From positions 1-62,355 of the forward strand of contig CAZMXI010000004.1 in NCBI GenBank assembly GCA_964570205.1: a DNA stretch of 62,355 nucleotides. Reading direction: 5' to 3'. Under the pieces are notes generated by a model. That model searched no databases. It was not told where the DNA came from and worked only from the letters and a program-made list of their open reading frames with translations. The translations under genes and the position numbers were made by a program. Below, piece after piece: positions 26,919 through 36,811 of the stretch. This DNA is from an uncultured Tepidisphaeraceae bacterium (GTDB lineage Bacteria > Planctomycetota > Phycisphaerae > Tepidisphaerales > Tepidisphaeraceae). Position 1 is the stretch's first letter; each line of letters begins with the position of its first letter.

Positions 26919-28166
26919 ATGCGAACGCTTGCAGGATGGACGGCTGTCTGCGTCATCATGGCGGGGCTCGCCGGCTGCTCGACCGAGAAGCACCCGGAGG
27001 CGCAGCGCGCTGTCGATGCGTATTACTTCGGGAATTTCCCCGAGGCGCGCAACCGGCTCCGGCCGCTGGCCGCCAAGACCGATGAGGATTATGTCCTGAA
27101 CAACGTGCGCCTGGGCACCAGCGCCCTGGCGGACTATGACCTGGTTGAGGCAGAGAAAGCTTTCTACAAGGCCTATGAGGTGATGAACGCCGGCGGCGTG
27201 AACAACGCCTCGCGCAGCGCGGCTGCGATCATGTTGTCGGAGAAGCTGAAGGTATGGAAGGGCGAGCCCTACGAGCGGGCGATGGCCAATTTCTACCTGG
27301 GATTGGTCTATTACATGCGCAAGGACCACGCCAACGCCCGGGCGGCGTTCGAGAACTGCCTGTTCAAGCTGCGCGACTATACGGGCAAGTCGGACAAGTA
27401 CAAGGAACTGGAAAGCGACTTCGTCCTGGCTTACATCATGCTGGCCAAGTGCTGGCAGTGGCTGGACGACCCGGACAAGGCGGCGGACCTGTTCGCCACG
27501 GCCGCCAAGCTTCGCCCGCACGTGCGGGACCTGGTGGCCGAGGCGCGACAGCCGAATAACGTGCTGCTGGTGGTTGATTTCGGGACGGGACCGCGCAAGA
27601 GGACGAAATACGACAACTCGATCGTCACGATCGAGCCCAAGCCGTCGCAAGTGCCGCCGCTGCCGCGGCCAAACGTGCTGGTGAACGGCCGGGCCTATGA
27701 CCTGCGCGGCGCGGATGTGCCGTCCATTGACCTGTTGGACCTGGCGCAGGAACGGCGCTGGCAGAGCATGGACACGATTCGCCTGGCCAAGAGCGCCATC
27801 GGCACGGGCATGATGGGCTACGGCGCCTACCAGGGAATCAAGCACGAGAATTATGGGACAGCGGCCGCGCTGATCGGCCTGGGCGCGCTGCTGAAGGCGA
27901 CGGCGACGGCGGACGTGCGGCACTGGGAGATGCTGCCGCGGACGGTGTACGTCCTGCCGTTGCACCTGAAACCGGGACGGCATGACATCACCGTTAGCTT
28001 CGGCGGCGGGTTGCAGCAGACCTGGCGGGGCATCATCGCGCCGGAGAAGGGGGAAGAGACCTACTACATCCGGATCACGCGATTCAGCCACGGCCCATTT
28101 ACATGGCCGCCGCCAAGCATGGGCGGGCAGGTGGCGGGGAGCCAGAAGATATCGCGGACGGAATAG
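26919..28166 (+). CDS. TPR-like lipoprotein (COG3014-like by recollection)
   Basis: MRTLAGWTAVCVIMAGLAGC (lipobox). TPR-like helices include ERAMANFYLGLVYYMRKDHANARAAFENCL. An alternative TTG start is at 26907. Confidence 0.75.
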   Translation: MRTLAGWTAVCVIMAGLAGCSTEKHPEAQRAVDAYYFGNFPEARNRLRPLAAKTDEDYVLNNVRLGTSALADYDLVEAEKAFYKAYEVMNAGGVNNASRSAAAIMLSEKLKVWKGEPYERAMANFYLGLVYYMRKDHANARAAFENCLFKLRDYTGKSDKYKELESDFVLAYIMLAKCWQWLDDPDKAADLFATAAKLRPHVRDLVAEARQPNNVLLVVDFGTGPRKRTKYDNSIVTIEPKPSQVPPLPRPNVLVNGRAYDLRGADVPSIDLLDLAQERRWQSMDTIRLAKSAIGTGMMGYGAYQGIKHENYGTAAALIGLGALLKATATADVRHWEMLPRTVYVLPLHLKPGRHDITVSFGGGLQQTWRGIIAPEKGEETYYIRITRFSHGPFTWPPPSMGGQVAGSQKISRTE

Positions 28167-28172
28167 GCCAAC

Positions 28173-29123
28173 TCACCAGTGCTCCTCAACGCGGTGAATC
28201 AGCTCCCCTACCGCCCGGCGATACTCATCGCGGTGCATCTTCTGGAGAAACCCATGCGGGCCCGGGAGCGTGACGAGGGTGCAATGGCCGCCGATCCGGG
28301 CCTGCAGGTCCTGCATCTCAGGCAGCCTCGAATGGCGGTCATCTCGCCCGGCCAGGATTGTCACGGGCACATTTCCGGGGATATGGCCGATGTGCTCGAT
28401 GGGGCTGATCCGCGCGGGGCTCTCCGGCAGAAACGCCGGCGCCCATAGGCGCAGGCCGGCGTAGGCAATGTGACTGAACGGCGGCCACAGCGCGTTCTGG
28501 CACCGGTTCCACACGGCCGTCGGCAGGTCGCGGTAAGGCGACTCCAGGAAGTACCCATCCACCTTCCCGGCGCAGTCGCGGGCGGCGAAGATCGCGGCGG
28601 CCGACCCAAGCGAATGGCCGACCACCACGATGCGGCCGTCCGCGTCCCGCTGGCGCAGGAATTCCACCGCGGCGACGACATCGTTGCGCGAGCTGTAGCC
28701 GAAATCGTCGATCTCGCCGGTGGAATCGCCGTGCGCACGCAGCGAGATCGCCATGACGCTGTAATCCTGCTGGCAGAGCCAGATCATCAGATCGAGCTTG
28801 TCCGGGTTCGACCGGCAGCCAGTCCGGCCGTGCAGGAGGAGGATGGAAACCGGCCGCGAACCGCGGAAGAACCACGCGCCGAGAGTTTGGCCATCGGCGG
28901 TGGCCAGCCGATGCTCCTCAACCCGCACCGGCATGCCCACGGGCGACTCAACAAATGGCGGCCGGCTGCGCCGGGTGGCGGTCCATGCCACACGCGCGGA
29001 AATGGCCAGCCAAGCGATGACCAGCGTCACGAGAATGGCCGACAGCCACAGGCTGATGCGCCGACGCCAACGAGCCCGGGGTCTGGCGATGGCCTGGTTC
29101 GATGGGATCCCCATGTCGGTCAT
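28173..29123 (-). CDS. alpha/beta hydrolase with N-terminal membrane anchor
   Basis: Start moved to MTDMGIP to avoid overlapping the divergent gene. TM helix ISLWLSAILVTLVIAWLAI and nucleophile elbow GHSLG. Confidence 0.85.
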   Translation of the reverse strand: MTDMGIPSNQAIARPRARWRRRISLWLSAILVTLVIAWLAISARVAWTATRRSRPPFVESPVGMPVRVEEHRLATADGQTLGAWFFRGSRPVSILLLHGRTGCRSNPDKLDLMIWLCQQDYSVMAISLRAHGDSTGEIDDFGYSSRNDVVAAVEFLRQRDADGRIVVVGHSLGSAAAIFAARDCAGKVDGYFLESPYRDLPTAVWNRCQNALWPPFSHIAYAGLRLWAPAFLPESPARISPIEHIGHIPGNVPVTILAGRDDRHSRLPEMQDLQARIGGHCTLVTLPGPHGFLQKMHRDEYRRAVGELIHRVEEHW

Positions 29124-29183
29124 CGGCCGCAGAGTATAACACAGTTGCAGTTCACCGCCCGAGGGTGGAGGTACAATCGGGGC

Positions 29184-30170
29184 ATGAAAGTCCTCTACAT
29201 CGGCGGAACGGGCGAGATCTCGTATGCATGCGTGCATGCATCAGCACGGGCGGGGCATCAGGTGACGGTATTCAACCGCGGCCGAAGCACGGAACCGCTG
29301 CCGCAGGATGTGCGGCAGGTCCTGGGTGATGTGACTGATCCCGTCGCATATGGAGCACTGGCGGCAGCCAATTATGACGTCATTTGCCAGTTCACCGCCT
29401 ACGCCATGGCCGATATCGAGCGGGATGCGCGCGTATTCGCGGGGCATACCGGCCAGTATGTGTTCATCTCGACGGCATCGGCCTACGAGAAGCCGCCCAG
29501 AATCCGGCCGATCACCGAGGATGTGACCCTGCGCAACCCCTTCTGGCCCTACTCGCAGGCCAAGGCGGACATGGAGGCGCGGCTCTGGCAATGGCACGGC
29601 GAGGGGAAGCCGCCGGTGACCGTGGTCCGCCCGAGTCACACCTATCGGCGGCGGTTCTTCAGCACGTTCATGGCGGGCGATGAGCACGCCTGGCGCATGC
29701 TGAATGGCAAAGCGGTCATCTGCCACGGCGATGGGCAGTCGCTGTGGACTTACACGCATGCGGACGACTTTGCCGTGCCGTTTGTGAGGCTCCTGGGCGA
29801 GAAACGGGCGGTTGGACAGGCCTATCATGTCGTGACCGACAGCGCATACACCTGGGATGAGTTGTTCCAGGCGGCGGCGCGAGCCCTGGATGTCGAGCCC
29901 AGGATCGTTCACGTGCCGTCCGACACCCTGGTGCGATACAACCGGGAATGGATGGGGCCACTGCTGGGCGACAAGAGCTGGACGGCGGTATTCGACACCC
30001 GCAAGCTGCGGTCGGTGGCCGGGCCGTTGCCCACGCCCATGCCGCTGGATGAAGGATATCAGCGCGTGCTGCCGCATTTCCGCGAGCGCATGAAGCGATT
30101 CGAGCCCGATGTGCGGCTGCACGAGCTGGTGGATCGGATTGCGGATGAGCAGACGAAGTTGGGGAGTTGA
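29184..30170 (+). CDS. NAD-dependent epimerase/dehydratase family protein
   Basis: Internal start MKVLYIGGTGEIS (GxxGxxG). 328 aa. The upstream part of ORF 28470..30170 is antisense to the hydrolase. Confidence 0.9.
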   Translation: MKVLYIGGTGEISYACVHASARAGHQVTVFNRGRSTEPLPQDVRQVLGDVTDPVAYGALAAANYDVICQFTAYAMADIERDARVFAGHTGQYVFISTASAYEKPPRIRPITEDVTLRNPFWPYSQAKADMEARLWQWHGEGKPPVTVVRPSHTYRRRFFSTFMAGDEHAWRMLNGKAVICHGDGQSLWTYTHADDFAVPFVRLLGEKRAVGQAYHVVTDSAYTWDELFQAAARALDVEPRIVHVPSDTLVRYNREWMGPLLGDKSWTAVFDTRKLRSVAGPLPTPMPLDEGYQRVLPHFRERMKRFEPDVRLHELVDRIADEQTKLGS

Positions 30171-30185
30171 GAGACAGGAGATTTC

Positions 30186-30638
30186 ATGCAGAAGATGAAC
30201 AGGCGGACGTTTGTGGCGGCGGCGGTGGGCGCATGTGCGGCGTGCATGTGCGGGCAGGACGTGGCCGTGGCGGCCGCACGCGAGCCGATCGACGCCGGCC
30301 CGCTGGCCGGCTATGGCTCCGAGGGCATCCACGACGGCATGCTCAAGAAAGGCGGCTTCTACATCATCCGCCAGAAGGACCGGCTCTTTGCGACGACCAG
30401 CGTCTGCACGCATAAGTTGCAGCGCGTTGGGATCGATCCCGACAACAAGCGGCGGTTCAAGTGTGCCCAGCACGGGTCGGTCTTCAGCCTCGAGGGCAAG
30501 GTAGAGGTTGGCCCGGCCAGGAAGTCTCTGTCGCGCTTCGCCATCCGCATCGATGACCGCAAGCATGTGATCGTGGATCCCACGAAACAGTTCGAGGAAA
30601 AGGACTGGGGCAAGGACGGAGCATTTGCGAAGGTGTGA
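30186..30638 (+). CDS. Rieske [2Fe-2S] domain protein with TAT signal
   Basis: 150 aa. NRRTFVAAAVG is the TAT signal. CTH...CAQH are the Rieske ligands. SD GGAG. Confidence 0.85.
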   Translation: MQKMNRRTFVAAAVGACAACMCGQDVAVAAAREPIDAGPLAGYGSEGIHDGMLKKGGFYIIRQKDRLFATTSVCTHKLQRVGIDPDNKRRFKCAQHGSVFSLEGKVEVGPARKSLSRFAIRIDDRKHVIVDPTKQFEEKDWGKDGAFAKV

Positions 30639-30640
30639 AG

Positions 30641-31948
30641 CTACGGCCGGGTGGCCGGTGTTTGCGGTAACTGCCGGATGACTAGTGGCAAAGCCCAATC
30701 GGGCATGTCGGGGTTTGGAACTGCCTGCCCGGCGATTTCATAGCCGCTGCGCAGATAGGCCCGCCGCGCCAGCGGCAGGAGCATGGATTGGTCGGGCGAC
30801 ACCATGTCGAGCGGCGACGAGTCCACCCAAGGAGCCATGGTGCGTGCGACGCACGCCACTTTCACGCCAGGCTGAAGGCGAAAGCGGATCCGCTGCATCC
30901 GGCCATCCGCCAGGCAGACAACCGCCGGAGATGCCCGCAGCCAGTCGCTACTGAACTGGAAGAACGGGAGCAGCAGGTCGCGAGGTTCAACAGACGCCTC
31001 GCCCGGCGTGGCGGAAGCGATATAGGTCCAGAGATCGCGCTGGACAAGGCCTCGGGTCCTGACTTCGATGCTGGCCTGCCGCTTCGTGACGACGGTGTTG
31101 TCTTTCCACATGGCCCACAGACCCGCGGCGGCCAGGATGGCGGCGGCCGCAATGACCAGGGAAATCCAGCGCCACCGAAACAGCGACAACCCCAGCACGA
31201 GAATGCAGAACGCCGCCGCGATGAGCAGGATTCGACGCCGCAGCGCTGCCGGCCATTCCACCGCCCACCCCTGCACCGGCGTGAACGCATCGAGATAGGC
31301 GCCGGCATAGCGCGGGCCGAGCAGGTTCGGGCGGATGAGCCACAGCGATCCCGATGGCTCCCAAGGCCAGGGTCCTTTCGGACGGGAATCGCTGCGCACG
31401 GCTAAGGTCAGGCCTCCGGCCAGAAGCGGCATCATCGGCCCAACATCCTCCGCCGAATCGAGAACTATCCCATCGAGCACGTTCCAGGAGCCCGGATCGA
31501 CGGCTGACAGATCGGCACCGTTCAGACGAACGGGAATGACGGATTCGCCATCAAACAGCGCCCTGGCCAGTTCCAGATCCACCCGGGTCATGCCCACGAT
31601 GCGCTGATCCGGGCCAAGCTGGCGAAGAGCCGCCTCAACGGTCCCGGCCGACAGAACCCTGCCCTGCGCATCGGTGAGCTGCCACTGAATTTGTCGGGTA
31701 GGTTCTATTGGGAGCAGAGGCGCTATGCCCCGGCCCTGGCCGGCGGAGAGCATCACCTGCGTTCGAGCGCAACCGGGGGAGGAGACCGCAAGGAGATGTG
31801 CCGAAGGTTCGTCAACCTCGAATCGAACAGGCATGTAGCGCCCGACACGGTAGAAACCCTCCAGCGGCAGGCTGATCGAGACTTTGGCCGACGCGGGCAT
31901 GCCCGCGAAAGCCACCGACACAAGAACCAGCCACGCCCGGCACGCCAT
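30641..31948 (-). CDS. signal-peptide / two-TM hairpin membrane protein (hypothetical; paralog of 34742..36799)
   Basis: Start moved to MACRAWLVLVSVAFAGMPASA. N-terminal VSISLPLEGFYRVGRYMPVRFEV. TM hairpin ILLIAAAFCILVLGLSLF / ISLVIAAAAILAAAGLWAMW. Confidence 0.65.
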   Translation of the reverse strand: MACRAWLVLVSVAFAGMPASAKVSISLPLEGFYRVGRYMPVRFEVDEPSAHLLAVSSPGCARTQVMLSAGQGRGIAPLLPIEPTRQIQWQLTDAQGRVLSAGTVEAALRQLGPDQRIVGMTRVDLELARALFDGESVIPVRLNGADLSAVDPGSWNVLDGIVLDSAEDVGPMMPLLAGGLTLAVRSDSRPKGPWPWEPSGSLWLIRPNLLGPRYAGAYLDAFTPVQGWAVEWPAALRRRILLIAAAFCILVLGLSLFRWRWISLVIAAAAILAAAGLWAMWKDNTVVTKRQASIEVRTRGLVQRDLWTYIASATPGEASVEPRDLLLPFFQFSSDWLRASPAVVCLADGRMQRIRFRLQPGVKVACVARTMAPWVDSSPLDMVSPDQSMLLPLARRAYLRSGYEIAGQAVPNPDMPDWALPLVIRQLPQTPATRP

Positions 31949-32070
31949 GGGGCGATTATGCCCCCCGCCGCGGCGATGAACAAGCCACGGCGCCGCGGGC
32001 GATTGTGGAAAAAGCCGGCCGGGTGCGCCTACGCTCTGGGGTGCGAAATGATCCAGCAAGGAGAGCCTGC

Positions 32071-32655
32071 ATGCGCGATCTAGCCGTGTTGATGACCGTG
32101 GGCGCCGTGATCCTGGGGTGTGGAGCCTGGTCAATGGCCCAGGACAAGACGCCGGGCAAACCGACCGGCGTTCACCAGTTCACGATGAAGGATATCGAGG
32201 GCAAGGAAGTGGACCTGAGCCGCTACAAAGGCAAGGTGCTGCTGATCGTCAATACCGCCAGTAAATGCGGGCATACGCCTCAGTACGCAGGGCTGCAGAA
32301 GTTGCACGAAAAGTACAAGGATCAGGGGCTGGCTGTGCTGGCGTTCCCGGCCAACGAATTCGGCCGCCAGGAGCCGGGCAGCAACCAGCAGATCAAGGAA
32401 TTCTGCACCGCCGGCTATAGCGTCAGCTTCGACCTGTTCGCCAAGAGCATCGTCAAGGGCGAAGGCATCTCGCCACTCTACCGCTACCTGACCGGCGAAA
32501 AGGCAAACCCCGCGACGGCCGGCGAGATCAAATGGAACTTCACCAAGTTCCTGGTCTCCAGGGAGGGCACGCCCATCGCCCGCTTCGAGCCCAAGGTCAA
32601 GCCCGAAGACAAGGAAGTGATCGAGGCGATCGAGAAGGAACTGTCGCGGCAGTGA
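32071..32655 (+). CDS. glutathione peroxidase (Cys type)
   Basis: Start MRDLAVLMTV with AAGGAG upstream. LIVNTASKCGHTPQY...LAFPANEFGRQEPG. The active site is a TGC Cys codon at 32266-32268. Confidence 0.9.
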   Translation: MRDLAVLMTVGAVILGCGAWSMAQDKTPGKPTGVHQFTMKDIEGKEVDLSRYKGKVLLIVNTASKCGHTPQYAGLQKLHEKYKDQGLAVLAFPANEFGRQEPGSNQQIKEFCTAGYSVSFDLFAKSIVKGEGISPLYRYLTGEKANPATAGEIKWNFTKFLVSREGTPIARFEPKVKPEDKEVIEAIEKELSRQ

Positions 32656-32670
32656 CCCGATCGGCCAGGG

Positions 32671-34632
32671 TCACATCTCCAACTCCGCGGCAAGTCGCAG
32701 CACCTCGGCCACGCTCCACGCCTGCGCCGGCGCGGCGACCGGTCGGTGCGGCTCGTCGGCGTCGAAGCATTCGTTGATCTGCCCGATGCAGTTCTGGTTG
32801 AGGTGGTCGATCAGCGGTTGCAGCCATACCCGCGCCTGCCGGCGTGCATCCGACGAATTCTGGTGAACGCGCAGATACGCCTGCAGGAACGGGCCGATCA
32901 GCCAGGCCCATACCGTTCCGTTGTGGTACGCGCGGTCGCGCTCGGCCGGGCCGCCGTAGCAACGCCCCATGTACTTGGGATCGCCCTTGGCCAGCGTCCG
33001 GAGGCCGTACGATGTGAGCAGTTCGCGGCGAACCACTTCCACGACGGCAAGCTGCTGCTGGTCATCGAGGGGGCTATTGGGCAGACTGACGGCGAGTATC
33101 TGGTTAGGCCGCAGCGAATCATCGCGGTGTTTGTCGTCGACCACGTCGTACAGCCCGCGGAAAGGATTCATCCAGAAAGTCCTGGCGAAGCTCTGGCGGA
33201 CCTTCTCCGCCAACGGGTCTTTCAGCAGCACCAAAGCGTTGTACCAGAGAGCGTTGATCTCGACGGCCTTGCCGTGGCGCGGCGTGAAGGCGTGATCGCC
33301 ATGCTTGGCGTCCATCCAGGTGAGCTGCGTACGCTCATCGCCAGCAATGATCAGCCCATCGGCCGTATCCATATGGATGTTGTAGCGCGTGCCTTCGCGG
33401 TAGCCGGCCACGATCGCTCGGCACGCCGGCAGCAGGGTCGCATCGAACATCGTCTTGTCGCCAGTCATTCGCAGATACTCGAAGGCGGCGTGGATGAACC
33501 ACAGGCTGGCGTCAACCGTGTTGTAATGGGGCTCGTTGGTGTAGTCGTCAAAGCGGTTGGGGATCATGCCCTCGCTGACGTGGTCGGCGAAGAGGCTCAG
33601 CGCTTCGCCGGCTTCTTTCCACCGGCCGGTCGTGAGCAGCAGCCCGGGCAGCGAGATCATGGTGTCCCGCCCCCAGTCGGAGAACCAGGGATATCCCGCG
33701 ATGATGCTGGTGGCCGGCTTGCCATCCGGACGGCGTCGGAGGACGACGAAGTCGGCGCTCGCCCGCAGGAGCCGCCGGACGGCGGCGCTGGGCTCGGCCG
33801 GGGCCTGCGGCGTGGGCATCGCGGCGTCAGGCGGACCGATGAAAACCCGGCCGGGCATCTCCGGGCCGCGAGCCAGCTCGACATTCCATTCGCCGGACGG
33901 ATCATCGTTCAGGGCGAACCAAAGGGTCATCGTTCCGCTGCCTGACATTTTGTGCACCAGAACGCCGGGAACATACAGGTCTTCGGTGTCGTCTAGGCCG
34001 CGATCGCTCTCCAGCAGGTAGGTGTGGCCGTACCACCAGTGGCCGGCCCGGCGAAACTCGCCGGCGTCGCTCCTGAGGCGCAGTTCGTGGTCGGCCGCCC
34101 TGACGGATAAATCCCAGGTGTCGCTCTTGACTTCGAACGGGGCCTCGCCGTGCCGCCGCAGGGCATGGAAATCGCGCATGCTCACAAAGGGCAGCAGGTG
34201 CAACTCGACAGGTCGGCCCGGCTGGGCCTGGACGGTATACCGCAAGGCCGCAGCATTGCGATTCCACGCCAGCAGCAGTTCCTTGGTGATGTGGACCCCC
34301 TCCAGCTCGTACTCCCAGCGGGCAGTGCGGTCAAGCTCAAACCGACGAAGATACCGGTCGCCGCGAGGATGGAACGAATTTCCGAAGCGGTTGATGGACA
34401 GTTCCAGAAAGTCGTTCTTGCCATCCAGATAGACCAGTTCGCCGACGCGGTTGAGGGTCATGAACCGCCCCACCGGGGGGATCGTGGCGGCCACCAGCAA
34501 ACCGTGATAGCGGCGGCGGTTGCACCCGACGACGCTGGACGACGCGAATCCGCCGATGCCGTTTGTCAGCAGCCATTCGTTTGCGAGAAAAGGATTCAGC
34601 TCGCCGTGGGTATCGATCGAGTACATCGCCAT
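32671..34632 (-). CDS. glycogen debranching enzyme (amylo-alpha-1,6-glucosidase, GDE_C/GH133-like)
   Basis: About 653 aa. NGIGGFASSSVVGCNRRRYHGLL...GYPWFSDWGRDTMISLPGLLL...YHNGTVWAWLIGPF. Confidence 0.9.
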   Translation of the reverse strand: MAMYSIDTHGELNPFLANEWLLTNGIGGFASSSVVGCNRRRYHGLLVAATIPPVGRFMTLNRVGELVYLDGKNDFLELSINRFGNSFHPRGDRYLRRFELDRTARWEYELEGVHITKELLLAWNRNAAALRYTVQAQPGRPVELHLLPFVSMRDFHALRRHGEAPFEVKSDTWDLSVRAADHELRLRSDAGEFRRAGHWWYGHTYLLESDRGLDDTEDLYVPGVLVHKMSGSGTMTLWFALNDDPSGEWNVELARGPEMPGRVFIGPPDAAMPTPQAPAEPSAAVRRLLRASADFVVLRRRPDGKPATSIIAGYPWFSDWGRDTMISLPGLLLTTGRWKEAGEALSLFADHVSEGMIPNRFDDYTNEPHYNTVDASLWFIHAAFEYLRMTGDKTMFDATLLPACRAIVAGYREGTRYNIHMDTADGLIIAGDERTQLTWMDAKHGDHAFTPRHGKAVEINALWYNALVLLKDPLAEKVRQSFARTFWMNPFRGLYDVVDDKHRDDSLRPNQILAVSLPNSPLDDQQQLAVVEVVRRELLTSYGLRTLAKGDPKYMGRCYGGPAERDRAYHNGTVWAWLIGPFLQAYLRVHQNSSDARRQARVWLQPLIDHLNQNCIGQINECFDADEPHRPVAAPAQAWSVAEVLRLAAELEM

Positions 34633-34741
34633 GCCCCGCAGTGTAATCGAACACACCGGGGAAAGGGATAGCCCGCTTTACCCAAAGCCCCGGCATCCGC
34701 AATGCCCGCGGGGCTTCCCCGCCTGCCCGGCGGGTGCTACC

Positions 34742-36799
34742 ATGCCGCGCGGGGTGGAGAAGCGGCCTATGCGACAGGGCAAAGGGTGGTTCTGGGCGTG
34801 GTGCGCCCTGGCGGCATGCTGCGCAACAGCGTCGGCCTGGGTCTCGCTCGACGTGCAGTTCGGCTGGTCCGGCGTCTATCGCGCGGGCCGGTGGGTGCCC
34901 ATCTACGTCACACTCGCCGACGACGCCAATCCGGCGCGCAACGTCCAGGTGCACCTGATCTGCCCGCACGATCCCATCCAGTCGATGCGCGTGATTCAGG
35001 GACTGACGATTTCCCGTAAGCCCGGCACATTCCTGATGTACGCGCCACTCACGCACAACCTGGATGACACCTTCGTCGCCGTTCATGACAGCGCCTCGCG
35101 CAGGCACCTGGGGCAAGTCAGCCTGGCGGCGTCCAACGGTCGCCTGCCATACAGGGTGGCCGACGAGACGGATGTGGTTGTGGCGATCGCCGGGCGCAAT
35201 GCGATGGCGTCGCTGGACAACCGCGAGATCAAATGGCCCGCCGGGAATGCCGATCGCAGGTCCTACCGGCACGCGGCGAAGCTCATGACAGCCTTCGCCG
35301 AGGTCCGCTTCCTGCCCGATGCCGCCATGGGATATGACGCCATCGATGTGCTGTATCTCAATTCCGCCGACCTGTCGCGCCTGGGCGCCCCCCAGCAGCA
35401 GGCCATCGCCCAGTGGGTGCGCTCCGGCGGACGCCTGATCTTCTGGCAGGGCGACCATCCCCTGCCGCCGGAGAGCCCGATTGCCGCGCTCCTGCCGTGC
35501 GCCCTCGGGGACCTTGGAACCGTCTCCTTCTCGCTGGAGGACACCAGCCGGCTGCAGCTTCAGCCCCGTACGGACAGGATTCCCGCGCGAGACCTCGTCC
35601 CACAGCGCGACGCGACGCTTGTATCGCTTCTAGCTGGCAAGGCCCAGGCATGCCTTGGCCGGGCCGGCCTGGGCGAGGCGGCCGTATTGTCCCTTGATGC
35701 TTCGCAACTGACCTTCACGGGCGAAGAACATGCCATGGCGTTCTGGCGCCCCATCCTCCGTCACCTCGTCCACCCGCCCGAGGGTGATGATGGGCACATC
35801 GGCGCCGAGCAGTACGGGCGCGGCGCCGCGGTGGAAGACATCATGGACCACCTGGGCAACGTGCCCGGCGTCGGCAGCTTCAACTTCACCTACGTAGCCA
35901 TCGTGCTCGCAGCAATGATGCTCCTCGTCGGGCCGATCGACTGGTTCGTGCTCAAGAAGCTCGGCCGACTGCCCTGGACCTGGATCACCACCGCCACGTG
36001 GATCATCCTGCTCACGGTCGGCGCGCTATACCTCGGCCATATCCTCCGCAGCGGCGACCTCCACTATCGCACGCTTCGAGTGGTCGAGCAGGCGGGCGAC
36101 CAGGTCGTCTCGGTAATCGATGCCGCGTGCATCTACTCGCCCCGCACTCAGGAATACGCCCTGGACTGCCCTCGCGATGCCTGGTGGGAACCGATGGCGG
36201 CCGACCCCTCCGGATACCACAGCACCAGCAACACCGAAATCCCCTACACTCAGGACAGCCACGGCACGCGGCCGGCGCCGCTGACCATCAACATCTGGAA
36301 CCTGCGGTTCATGCAGGGCCGCGCCGGCGATCTGCGGGACGAAAAGCCGATCATCCGCGCGGCGTTGCAGGCAAAGGGCAATCGCCGAATCGTCGGCGCC
36401 ATCACCAACCTTGGCGACAGCCCCCTCGACAACATCCTCATCCGCACCCGTTCCGGCCGCGTCGCGCTGGCCGAGTCCATCGCGCCCGGCCAGACCATCG
36501 CGGTCGATGTCGCGATCGACTCGAACCCGGCAACGTCCATACAACGCGAACAAGTGGCGAGGATCTCTCGCCGTCTTGACCGAGGCGTCGCCCGCCCCCT
36601 GTCGGCCGAGGCACTGCTTGACTCGGCCTGCCGTCTGTCGCCGCAGCAGACGCGACAGGTGGAACACTTCGTGACCGAAGACGACGATCTCGTCGTCATC
36701 TGTGCCGTGGCCGAAACCGCCACGCCGGTCGTCAGGCTCAATCGGCCGGCCATCGAGAAGCACTGTCGCATCATCCGCGCCCTGGTTGCGCTCAAATGA
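34742..36799 (+). CDS. large signal-peptide / two-TM hairpin membrane protein (hypothetical)
   Basis: Start at MPRGVEKRPMRQGKGWFWAWCALAACCATASA (alternative 34769). VSLDVQFGWSGVYRAGRWVPIYVTL. TM hairpin at FTYVAIVLAAMMLLVGPIDWFVL / WTWITTATWIILLTVGALYL. Confidence 0.7.
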   Translation: MPRGVEKRPMRQGKGWFWAWCALAACCATASAWVSLDVQFGWSGVYRAGRWVPIYVTLADDANPARNVQVHLICPHDPIQSMRVIQGLTISRKPGTFLMYAPLTHNLDDTFVAVHDSASRRHLGQVSLAASNGRLPYRVADETDVVVAIAGRNAMASLDNREIKWPAGNADRRSYRHAAKLMTAFAEVRFLPDAAMGYDAIDVLYLNSADLSRLGAPQQQAIAQWVRSGGRLIFWQGDHPLPPESPIAALLPCALGDLGTVSFSLEDTSRLQLQPRTDRIPARDLVPQRDATLVSLLAGKAQACLGRAGLGEAAVLSLDASQLTFTGEEHAMAFWRPILRHLVHPPEGDDGHIGAEQYGRGAAVEDIMDHLGNVPGVGSFNFTYVAIVLAAMMLLVGPIDWFVLKKLGRLPWTWITTATWIILLTVGALYLGHILRSGDLHYRTLRVVEQAGDQVVSVIDAACIYSPRTQEYALDCPRDAWWEPMAADPSGYHSTSNTEIPYTQDSHGTRPAPLTINIWNLRFMQGRAGDLRDEKPIIRAALQAKGNRRIVGAITNLGDSPLDNILIRTRSGRVALAESIAPGQTIAVDVAIDSNPATSIQREQVARISRRLDRGVARPLSAEALLDSACRLSPQQTRQVEHFVTEDDDLVVICAVAETATPVVRLNRPAIEKHCRIIRALVALK

Positions 36800-36811
36800 G
36801 AGGAATAGGCT

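Noticed and set aside
32266-32268. Possible selenocysteine in glutathione peroxidase
   Set aside because: The active-site codon is TGC (Cys), not TGA. No recoding is needed.
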